A stretch of 64,000 nt of DNA, from NCBI GenBank assembly GCA_964247055.1, contig OZ176054.1, positions 7,440,001-7,504,000 on the forward strand, given 5' to 3'. Below are positions 44,623 through 56,200 of this stretch, piece by piece. This DNA comes from Paragordius varius. Taxonomy: Eukaryota > Animalia > Nematomorpha. The notes under the pieces are model-generated. The model ran no database searches, was not told the origin of the DNA, and worked only from the letters and a program-made list of their open reading frames with translations. A program made the translations under genes and the position numbers. Within the stretch, counting starts at the first letter, position 1. Each line of letters begins with the position of its first letter.

Positions 44623-47600
44623 ATCATTAAATCAAAATTTATATGATCTTCAATATATTATTTGATAACAAATAGCAAAATAATCAATATAAGATGTTTA
44701 TATTTTACAGTTTATTCGCAATATATTTTCATTAAAAACAATTTCGTCCAAAAATAACATCTTAATCATATTTGAAAAATAAGTGTTGCTATTACCAGCT
44801 GATGTAAAATAAAAAAATGTTTTTGAATACTTGTTTTATATTTATTAAATGTTCAGTTATGAGGTGTTATTTATCCATAAATATTTGTTTGATAAAAGCT
44901 TTTAAGTAAAAAATCATTCTATAAAAAAAGATTGTTTTTAAAGCTCTAAATAAATTGCATTAGTTTATATAAAAAATTGTTTAATAAACGTTTTGTTTAC
45001 AATAAAAATGGAAGTATTATTTGCATACTTTGTTTTAAATAAACAAAATATTGCATTTTACATCTTTTTTTAATATAAAAAAATATTTTATTTTATTTTA
45101 TAGGTGGGGTATATCAAAAAAGTGCTGACTAACCGAAAGAGGCGACAAATCGGGTAGCATAAGGGTAAGCCCTAGCCAAACGAGCTTTTAACTCATGATC
45201 AGGTTCATTATAGTGTCGGAAATAAGCCATGGCATAAGGAGACCAAATACGAGATCCTAAGGCAGAACTGGGATCGTTTTTTACGGCCTACAAAAAAATT
45301 GGACGTGAAAAAAACCATGAATATAAAAATTAATTTACAACAAATTATAAATATAAAAATAAATATTGTGTGGTGGCCACCATACTTGTGGAAAACAAAA
45401 TTACATCAATTTGTTTTTAAAACTATTTTATCAAAAAAATAATACATTAAAAATTTTGAGAAAGATAATTAATAACAACTCTAAAGTTAGTTGGTTTTTG
45501 ACCGTTTTAGAATAAATTAACCAATCTGGCTGACTACGAATGCATCATGGATGAGTATCATAACATATAAAAAATTAACCAATTGGTTATAATAATGTAA
45601 TGAAATAAATTTCAATAGAATTTTATTATTAATATACATATATATAAATCATATGATAATTATGAGCTCGAAAGTTAGTGTGACTAATTATATTTATAAG
45701 CGGTCAAAGTTTTAGCATAGCCTTGCATGACTGAAGATATCTGCATTACATACCTGAGCATAAGCAAAGAAATAATAAATGAGTTGCCAAACAAAAACGA
45801 TAGGACTTAACAGCGCATTCACCAATGCTAATAAAACAATGCGTTTCCGTAATCGTTCAGCTAATATTATGCGTTTAGATACGGTTTTGTATTCTTCCCG
45901 CAGTTGCCAATTTGTACGGAAGGGACAAAAAGGACCACCTAATATGTATAGTGAGTAAATTATGTGGAAATAAATACAAGTATCGATAATTGGTTTTTGA
46001 TTTGAAAAGTATAAAATAATTTGTTTAATAAAAGTGTAAAACTTTGTCATAAGACAATAAATAAAAACTTTGAGGCGATTACTAGAGTTAGTAATCATGC
46101 GTAGTCAAATTGTTTTATTTAATTATTTAAAGTGTATTTTCCTTTGTTTTTAATAAATATTATAGCATCATGTTTTCGTAAGAAATCTGTGTTTGTAATA
46201 ATTATAATACTACCATAATAAAAAGACCACCAAACTGTTTATACATGATTAAAAGATTCATTGAATTTATTATTAAAAAATGGAAAAATTATTTTTAATC
46301 TTTTTTGAAAAATTACTCTCTAAACCCAACAAAAAACACCGTAACTTTCAATCAATCCATAATAATTTACTTACGAAACAAGATGTAATGTAGATTATAG
46401 GATAGTCCATAATTAAGGATACACACCTCCCAACCAATGAGAGGTAGTCTTATGGTAAGTGGTAAAAGTGTAATTTCTTCATTATTCGCTACGTGCTGTT
46501 TTTGTTGGATAAGGCTTCCCCCCTTATTTTCATAAACATTATTGTGAGATTGTAAGTCATCCTTTTTCATATTTTTTCTCATTTCATGATTCGTGTCATT
46601 TGTATCATGCGTGTTAAAACCACCAATCATTGCAGTAAAAAAGTTTTGAAATCTTAATAACCGATGTAAGATATCAAGGTCGGTTAGCTCAGCCTTCTGT
46701 ACGCTAAGTTTAAACTTGGTGCGATGAATGTGTTTCAAACGTGCCACAACAGTTTGCCATGATACGAATGGCAAATCATTCTATATTTGTTTAATTTTAT
46801 ATTAAATAATACATAAAATATAATATAGTTTTATTTGATTAAGTGTTTCCGCATGTTATATTGGCCTCAAAACACACCCACAAACTTAAGGTAAAAAAGG
46901 ACTTTCTGTAGTTGTTATATTATAAAAAATGTTAAACGTTGAGTTGTGTTAAATATCTCTCGAACGCATATTTATTATTAGCAGCGCATTCACTCGTAAA
47001 CTAATAACATTATTTATCAGATAAAGTAGGCAATTTAGGTTATTTATTATAGATATACGGTTATGAAATTAATCATTTTAAATTTCATCCTATTTCTAAC
47101 TAATTTTGTCATATCTTTTTTTTATTAAAATCTTTTAAATAAATAACTTAAACCAAATAATAAAATACAAGCAACTTACATTAGCTAAAATGTAACATAT
47201 CACACATATCTTAAAGGTTTGCAAAAATCAATTTATACCCAAACCTCGGGAGTATTTAAAAACACACATTAGCGCCTAAAATAATTTTATTGTATTAAAA
47301 ATATTTTTAGTTTTACCGATGATATTTCCAATACATCATGATAAAAACTCCTAATGTCCCAGTATTGTATGGTGTGTCGTATTAATCGACAAATGCGCAA
47401 GCAAAGAAACAGGAAAGCTAACCAAAGGCATAAAAGCCAAAAAAGATTTTTGGAAGGTGAATTTCGATAATGCTGAGCACAACGGACAAATGGGATTATA
47501 GCAGCGTGATTTGGGTAAGTGTTATTCGAAGAAAACTATGTCATATAACATAAAACATAAAAAAATGTCAAAAATATAAACGATTTTATGGAAATAAATA

Positions 47601-48735
47601 CGGTATAAAAGATGTGATGTGATGTAAAAATATATTAATTTAAATTTAATGCAGATACAACTTTTTAGAATTTCTTTTAAAAACTCAAGCCCCTGAAGTA
47701 AAGTTACACTAATCAAATTTCTTTAAAACCTTTAATTTAAATCACCCAAAGAATACCAAAACTTATTAAAGTATTTGATTTCAACACAATGCAAAAAGAT
47801 TTAGTAATAAAAATCATATAGATGTGTCCGTTTGTAAATATAATTTGGATAAAAATACACCAAGCCATTTTGACTTAAATTAATTTCTGAATTCTTTTAG
47901 AACTAAAATTAAAATATTACTAAAAACCGTTGTTTGCTATATATATATATATATATATATATTATGATATACTAATTTTGTCAATTTCGCATATTGCATC
48001 ATAATATATTTTCTTTGATATTTACACTCAAATTATAGTTTTTGTGCAATTTTAGTGTAAGGGTGTCCTGGAAAAACCGTTAATATTAATTTAGGTCAGA
48101 TTCAATTTAATAATTGCAAAATCATAATACTATATATATATTTGCGTAAATATGGTTTATTATTTTACAAAAGGCAACTGATTCAGGAAACAAAATAATA
48201 TATGGTTCAATATACTGATTAATCCAGCTTTTTAGCTTTAAAATAATAACGCATTAAAATAGGAAAATATTAAAAAAATAAAATATACGCATAAATTTTA
48301 TGAAATAAAACGTTAAAATGCAATCAATACTTTAGGCGATGACAGAGGTTGAGGGAATAAATTGCTCAATATATTTGAATAATCTATGCATTGAATCATA
48401 AAAAATGAGAGGCATATCAGGAAAACGAATTGTAATGATTCCAGAAATTCTTCCAAAATCATACATAGAAAGCCGTGATTTTGGTGGTATTTATAGATGC
48501 GGTAGAAAAACGTATCGAGATCTTCTATATGATACCACCGTGCTATAACAAAATAAAAATAATTAAGCATTATATATACAAAAATATTATTTCATATTAG
48601 TAGTAAATAAAATATACATTTGTACAAGTCATCTTTTATTTTTACAATCGGTGGTAAATCATGTGTTAAAGGATCATCCGGAAGAGCAAAGGGGTTTTCA
48701 TACGCTAAATACTTGAGATTTGCTGTATCGGCCAT
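37958..48735 (-). CDS. ATG9: Autophagy-related protein 9 (lipid scramblase), 15 exons, about 1306 aa
   Basis: Exons 48618-48735 (ATG at 48735), 48331-48542, 47317-47535, 46375-46780, 45754-45938, 45134-45287, 44239-44553, 43513-43672, 42782-42918, 42387-42494, 42065-42251, 40670-41460, 39814-39880, 39443-39728, 37958-38533; all phases match and the total is 3921 nt. Motifs: WYHIEDLDTFFYRIYKYHQNHGF, WQTVVARL, LDILHRLLRFQNF, LGSRIWS..YFRHYNE..HEL..RL, VHYLP, ALEIVDFFREYTIELDGVGDICS, MSLTVLYL. Confidence 0.95.
38775..39320 (-). mobile_element. piggyBac-like MITE family 1, complete copy (546 bp) in the last ATG9 intron
   Basis: TTAA at 38771-38774 and 39321-39324; ends CACTT...AAGTG; subterminal inverted repeat CTTCGATTCAAATTGGGGTA; internal sequence shared with the other copies listed. 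Confidence 0.9.
39948..40477. mobile_element. TA-flanked MITE with CCGT termini and 21-bp subterminal tandem repeats (pogo/Tc2-like ends)
   Basis: TA|CCGTTTGCACTTCAAGAGT ... ACTCTTGGAGTGCAAACGG|TA; three 21-bp units at 40390-40452. Confidence 0.75.
41826..42010. mobile_element. Tc1/mariner-type MITE family A copy in an ATG9 intron
   Basis: TA|CAGTATGCATTTTAATCGTTGC ... GCAACCATTAAAATGCACACTG|TA. Confidence 0.85.
44569..44618. repeat. (AT)25 microsatellite; shorter (AT)n tracts near 1034-1061, 27008-27025, 28521-28538, 33501-33527, 47938-47962
   Basis: Read directly from the sequence. Confidence 0.95.
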
Positions 48736-48985
48736 ATAATCACAATATTATATGCATAAAATAAATTTTGAGCCCTTTCCAAACCCCACAAAAAAACTAA
48801 AATAAAACTGATGTTATAATGAACTGATCAAATTACATATGTGTTAGATAATAGCGCTAAAATGTTTTTTCCATATTAATTTTATTTGTCATTTATTTTA
48901 TTTTCTTATGCTGATCTTACGAAATACATGTTGTAAATGTCCTAAATATATATTTAACTTAATGGACAATTTAGGTTTATATTAA

Positions 48986-49870
48986 CACTTTATGACCTTA
49001 CCTTTTGTCATGATGACATATTGGGGTAGTTTATTTTAGAGCTCAGTTTAGTAATTAATCTACTGTTTTCAAGTTATTTTAGCTAAATTTTAATTATCAA
49101 ATATTCTCCTGTATTTAATAATAAAAAAATTTTTCCAGTATTGCAACTTCTTTAGTCTGAAATCGGAACAGCTCCAAAACACGATACTAAACAGCTCCTT
49201 TTTAAACCATATTAAGTTTTTGCTAATTAATGCAAGCTGAAAGCTTGCCAAAGTTAAGTTCTAACATATTTCAGCCATATTACACATTATTTGATTATAT
49301 CAGCGAATCAAAAATTTAAAAAAAATATATGCGCCTAAGGCTAAGGAAAGCATATTGATATATTCAGCTTAATACCTTAAATGTTTTTTAAAATACTAAA
49401 ATATCAAAATACGAACGATTCAAAAAATGAATGCAAAATTATTTTATACTGGTAAGATATCTTAAATATTATATTAATGATTAACACTCCATTTTTGGGG
49501 TAGTTTCATATACCAGAACGATCTGAAATTTAAATTAAAAGTATTTAAAGAATTATGCTGAATTCAAAAATATGCTTTCTTTAGCCTTTTAGGCGCATTA
49601 TACAAAAATTTTTTTAATAAAAGGCAAAATTGAAAAATCCTCATCTCAAACTTTCTGATACAGGCAAACAGTGTATATAATTAGAAAATGTAAATAAATA
49701 ATTTTGAGAAACTTTTAGGCTATACCAGGAAACTTGATATATTTTAAATATTAGCTGTTCGTACAATCGTGTTTTGGATCTGTCTCATTTTTAGACTCTA
49801 GAAGTCAAAAAACTGTAAAAAATATAAGTTTTTTATCTATTATAGCAAAAATTGCTCAATAATATATTTT
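48986..49870. mobile_element. Two family 2 MITE copies in opposite orientation in the ATG9/XPNPEP intergenic region
   Basis: TTAA-CACTT at 48986 (long end); TTAA-CACTCC..TTGGGGTAGTTTCATA at about 49481 (short end, reverse copy); shared blocks aaacagct and gcgcctaa/ttaggcgc. Ends approximate. Confidence 0.6.
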
Positions 49871-50286
49871 GTAAACGTGTTACAATCAACATCTATAAAA
49901 TGATTATATCAATTTGTAAATTAAAAATCCATTTTTATTATACAAAGAACGAGTTAATTTTTCAAGAAAATATCCCACGTAATCTTCCAAGAATTATTTT
50001 AGATAGATAATATAAAATAATTTATTAATGATAAATACAAGAATTATATAAAGCGTATTTGCATTTATTTACACAGTGGCGTAATATTGTTTATAATTAT
50101 TGCTTTAAGATATTTAAAATATAAAACAGAAATGATTAAAGTAAATAAAAAACAAGTAACTTCCCATAATAAAGTACTGATTCATTTCAATAAATACTTA
50201 CTGTGCGTTTTCTTAAAACCCAATTATACAAATAATATTAGCATTATATTTTTTAATTTTTAAAGTTGAGGTAAAAAAATCGTGAA

Positions 50287-53200
50287 ATGCTGACGAATTC
50301 ATGGACAATTATAGTAACGTTGACTTTGCTGTTCTCTGTGATTCAAGGTATTTTTATTTAAAATTATATTAATATATATTTTTAATTTTATCTATGTGAA
50401 AACTTAGTGGATAAAAATTGGATATTTATAATCTAATTGGAAAGTGTTTTATATATAAACAACTAATTTTACCTAAAACTTGAAGGAAAGTCAAATCAAA
50501 TTTATACTACTAAATACGAAACAACCGTTTAGATTGGGATTTTTGCCTAATAATTTTTGGTTTATAAGATCCTTTCTATATTAAAAGATTGCATTTTGCA
50601 GTATTAAACATATTTTGTCAAATCGATGAAGACTTTAATCCAAAAAAGTCTGTGATTACGACAGGATCTCTTGATAATAATTATGTAATATAATTAATAA
50701 TATATAAAATTTAACAATCAGCACAGCCTTTTTTTGTATATCATTTTATATCAAACAGGTAAAAAATAATTTAATTAAAAAAACCTATATATAATAATTT
50801 TATAAAAAAAACCTTTTTATTGATCTTCTTAAAGTATGGTTTTTGAAATATGAACGTTGTTTTACATATAGGGTTGGACCTAGGGGTTGATAGTTTTATT
50901 GACCGTAGTTTTGACCGCTTTTACGCATAACCAGTCAAAATATAAAAAACTATAAAATTGAAAATAGTTTAAATAAATTGAAACAATTTTTAAATTTTAA
51001 ATTTAATTTTTTAATATTAACATTTGGCATACGCTATTTTATTTCATTTAATGATAAAGTTGTGTATAGACTATCCATGACTGCCTTCATAAAAAATTCA
51101 GACCAGCTATATTTTTTCTAATACAACCCTAGTCATACATATTAAACAGAAATCTCATAAAAAATACGTAAAAGACTAGCTAGCATAGCCTATAAAAACA
51201 CTAGTTTTTATTATTATATTTTGATTGATAAAAATAAATGAAAAGTGTGCAAAAAACAAAAAACATCAACAATAAAAAGGCATAATTTATTTTTATTTAA
51301 TCTATTTCATATAAAAAAATTCGAAATATATATATTTCTAATGTATATGCGTTTGTCATTGAAAATTTTTATTCTAGGATTTATTCTTTATGGTATACTT
51401 TAAATATAACCTTTATAATAAATTTACTTTTTTAATTAAAAATATCCAAAATAGATTAACTATCTAATTTTCTATTGATAGTTAATTTTGGCATATAGAT
51501 AAATAATTTTGATTATCATAAACGTCTAACTACTAAAATTACGAAGCTTTAAAGGAAAACAACTTTTGAAATCGGAATAATTTTTTAGAGAATAATATAA
51601 TTGCTCTTCCAGGCTAAAAAGCATTATTATTTACCTTGACTTATAACCAATTTGTCAGATTTGGGTCTTTAATTTTCCGTTTTTATTGATGTCTTGTATT
51701 ATAACATTATTATTGATAATCAAAATGGAGAATTAATATGACTTATAAATAATAATATGGATCAAAACTCTTATCACTGTAGCGAAAACTATTATTACCC
51801 ATTTTGATATTTAAGTTGGCTGAAAGAGGAATCAAATTACATGTCTGTTGTTGCCATGTATAAAAATTTTCGTTTTTATTAATTATTTTTTGAAACTTAT
51901 GGAGAAAACAACACAGAGATTATTTAAATCAGGGGGTATTTGAATGCGGCCCTCCAATATATATCTGCGTGCGAGAAATTTCAAATGCAAATACGAAATC
52001 TAAGAAAATATTATTATTTAAACAAGTTTTCCGATATATCTTTCAGAATTTTGGCAATGAGCTAGCAAAAATAGTTAAAAGAAATAGTTGTTTTTTACAG
52101 TCATAGTACAATCTAATAAAATATATGTTGATGCCATATATTTTTCAAATGGGGTCGGCCAGATTTTTTGCCAAAAATACCCGCGAAGCCATTTGTATTG
52201 AAGACACCCGTGATTTAAATATATAACCAATAAAATGCAAAATCTCATACACGGGCAACAAGACATGTGAGAACTAAATCCATTTTAGCCAATTAAAAAC
52301 TGAAATGACCAACAACAGCTTTCGTTACCTGTAATTTATGAATATTTTGATAATCTATATTTAATAATATATTTAGCATCAAAATGTTCGGCTTTTTCAG
52401 GATCCGGAAGTTCCTTTTTTGACGATGAGGAGTCGAATTTTCCCCAAAATGTAACATCTATTAATTTATAATTATTTTATTATTATTTATTATCATATAT
52501 TATTTGTTTGTAAATAATTTTAAAAGAGTAATGAAAAGTTGCGAAAGATACAAGAGTTGCTGGTTAAATACAATTACAGAAATTATTTGATTTTCGGAAG
52601 CGAACATGGGGTATAATTACTTAAAAATTATATAAATCATATATGTTTGATATTTAAGATTTTTTATTGTTTATTTTTAAATATTTATATGAATATCTAT
52701 ATTCAAAACTTGAATAGAACACATTTTTTTCAGTTCGATTCAAATTGCAGTAACTAGTGACCCCGGGCCTGTATAATATCAAATTTCAAAAATATGGAAT
52801 AAATTGGAAATATTGCAGCAAAAATTTGCACTTATATAACATTGATGAACCAAAATATAAAAAAAGATTTATATAAAAAAACTTGATATGACTTATTTTA
52901 TGGATAAACCCGAAAATAAAAATTTAGCTTATATGATATATGTGCACCTTTAGATAAATGTGAAGCAGTAAACACTTTTTCTCTTTAATAATATAAAATT
53001 TTCTCTAACTTTAGCATTAGAAAAATACGATATTGTGCAAAAATGTTGTATAATATAAATGGCGCTCAGGTAATTGGATATGGAACTTTTTTTTCAAAAT
53101 TAAATTTTTTTGATTATTTATAAATTTTATTAGGATTGAAGCATTAAAATGAAACCGTTTTTTCAGTATCTTTTTGATAAAACAATTTAAATATGGTCTG

Positions 53201-56200
53201 GGGTCATTAGATACCCCAATTAGAATTAAAGAGTCAATAAAACTTTATCCAATTATTTTTGAAATTTTTAATAAATATTTTAATATTTTTATTATGTTTT
53301 ATAAAACGAATAAAATTTAGTAAGTCGGTTTAAAGCAGTATGTTACAGTGTCCTTTATTTCATCAAAAAAAAATTGTTAAATGCGTATTAATATTTGGTA
53401 AAAAATGGAAAAAACAAGAGCTCTAGGATAATTCTTATATTTTTTGATGAATATGATATTGTTAATACCATAGAGCTCTTGCTTTTTCCATACTTCAACA
53501 AGTATTTATACCCACGAAAGAAAATAAATTTTTGATAAAATAAAGGATATATGACTGTAATATACGGTCAAAATTCTAACTATTTAAAATTTCTTAATTG
53601 TATGCTAGGATGAATATGCTAATGATTGCAACAACAGGATCAAATATATGGTGGACGATTTCGAAGGGCCTATCCGTAAATATATTTACAATTAATTTAG
53701 TACAATTTTATTAGCTATCATATCAGAGAGTTGAATAAAAGTTAGTTATGGTTAATTTTACAACATGTATTTAAGCATATATGAATCAATTTTAAAATGT
53801 TATCGATAATCTCAATATACTGTGTTAGTTAAAGAAAGATTTAAAGACATTAGTACTGGAATAATAACTTACCTCATATGCTTAATTTTTAATATTTTTG
53901 CTTTTTATAATGAATAATTTACTTCATCTGTATCAAAACCACTATAAGAAAAAAATCATAATAATTTAGGGATATTATTTGAGATTAAACGAATTGGAAG
54001 CTATTTTTGGTAAAAAAAAACATTTTTATTAAACGGTTTTGGTTCAAAAATTGTGAAAATAATTTTAATTCCATTATGTTAATTTGTAAATCAATGACTT
54101 TATAATATGGATAAGAATGTAACAAGTTAATAGGCATACACATAAACTATAAACATTTGTTTTATTATTTTTTTCTGAAAAATTGTAAAACTTGATTTTA
54201 ATAAAATAAAAAATTAAAAATATAGCTTTGACGCTGTATCATAAACCACAAAAAAGAAATTTATATAACTATTCCAAGAACCGTCTGAAACCGCGGTTTA
54301 GGTTTCAAAACCGTTTTTGGTTTTCTTATATAAAAATCTTTAAAATAGAGATAAACATGTAAATACATTTACAGTGTGAGTATACATTGCTAGAAAGTTA
54401 TTTATTATTGCCAAATAGCATATGCACTAATAATAGTAAAAAGTGAAAAAAATAACTATAAGCCAATAATACTGCCCTTTATTTTCTTTACTCATTGGCA
54501 ATTAATAACTTTCTAGCAATGTATACTTACTCATATTGTGAATAAATATGCATTTTTTGGTATTTCTAGCTTAGTATGAGTAAGTATACATCGCTAGTTT
54601 TGCGTTAATTATTACAAGAGCGTATACAGCAAAGGGATATATATAATTGACTCTAAGTCATTTTTGTAGCTTTTTATTTTAGTCAATAATAATGATTTTC
54701 GCCTTATAATCTATCTATCTGGCAATTATAAAAACAAGCAAAAGTATATTTACTCATGTGCAATTAAAAAAATAAAAAAATATGCTTGTGTTTTTTCCAG
54801 CAATTAAAGACCTTATAACCAATATATAGCAGGTGGTCACTGTATAATCATAAATTTTTTAGGGATTTCATTTTTTATGATTATTTGGGTATATACCTAT
54901 GACTTTGGTGACATATTTTTCGTTTGAATTTAGAGATATTATTTGTCAATCAAACTTATGGAATGTTTGCCACTGATGACACGCACATCAAGGACCAAAA
55001 CCAAAAACATCACGATTGGGATGTTTTGTGTAAATAATTTTATTTTTGATTTTTGAATCCTGTAAATCAGGGCCCCCAACCTTAATGTCTTCGTGGGCCG
55101 AATTTTGATCTAAAAAATTAACAAACCGCATTCAAAAATATATGGGTCATAATATATATTTTATTATATTTCAAATATAAAAACTCAGTATAATAATTAT
55201 ATTTTGGCCAATTTTTGTTTGTTGGTTGCCATATATAAAGTATTCGGAAATTGTTTAAAAAATCGAATATACTAAAATTTTATAAATAGCAACATTTTTT
55301 CAAACTATATAACTTCTATATGATTGTATTTTTTACAAATTTTTAGCGTTCCGCATATGTATCGAAGTGCCACATGTTGAATTTCTAAATAATAAAACAT
55401 ACAATCTTTAAATTTGTGAATAACAAAAAATTTGTTATAAGTATCTATTAATATCTATATACAAAAATTATAGGTATAGGACAATATTTTTTGTTTTTTT
55501 TTGCATCAAGTTACAATGGCATGACAGGCGACATTTTTGGCACAGAAAATCGGGCATGGCGTTGCAATTTATATAAGCATTCATAACTATTTATATTTTA
55601 TACATGAAGGTGTAAAATACAAACACAATATAACAATTCTATAATGTTGCCAATAGGATAGACAGATAAAATTGTTTTAAAAATATTATTTTTTCTGAAG
55701 GTTTTAGGGATTTATTTCTCTAAATTATTGCTATCTAAATTCTTTGGGCGGCGTGTTGCACAATCCTGCTTTAACTGTACGAATGTAAGCAGGACAAAAT
55801 AAAAATAATAGTTACCTACCTGCCTGCATACATTTAATTTTGTTTTCCAAGTGTATATTAACCTACCAGGTGTACATACATTCATGTTCAATTAAGAGAT
55901 GACGTCAGCGAAATGTACTCAGACCTTAAATTTACCAAAAGAATTATTTTTATCATTCAATAACCAGTTAAATGTTGTGTTATAATTGCGGCAGGCTTTG
56001 CTTCTCTTATTTAATCAGACATAATAGTTGTTGATCATTGTTTGCTGGCACAAATATACATCGAACATTTGCTCTATCCATCAAAACTTGTCAACCATGG
56101 TTTTAAAAATTTAAAGTTGTGATTAAAATAAAAATGGGCTTTCTGGTATACCACACAACTTGTGACACAATTTAAACTTAACGGTATTAGGGAAGCATTG

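Noticed and set aside
52075-52266. 63-aa minus-strand ORF
   Set aside because: Overlaps a hAT MITE with a clean TSD; no protein features.
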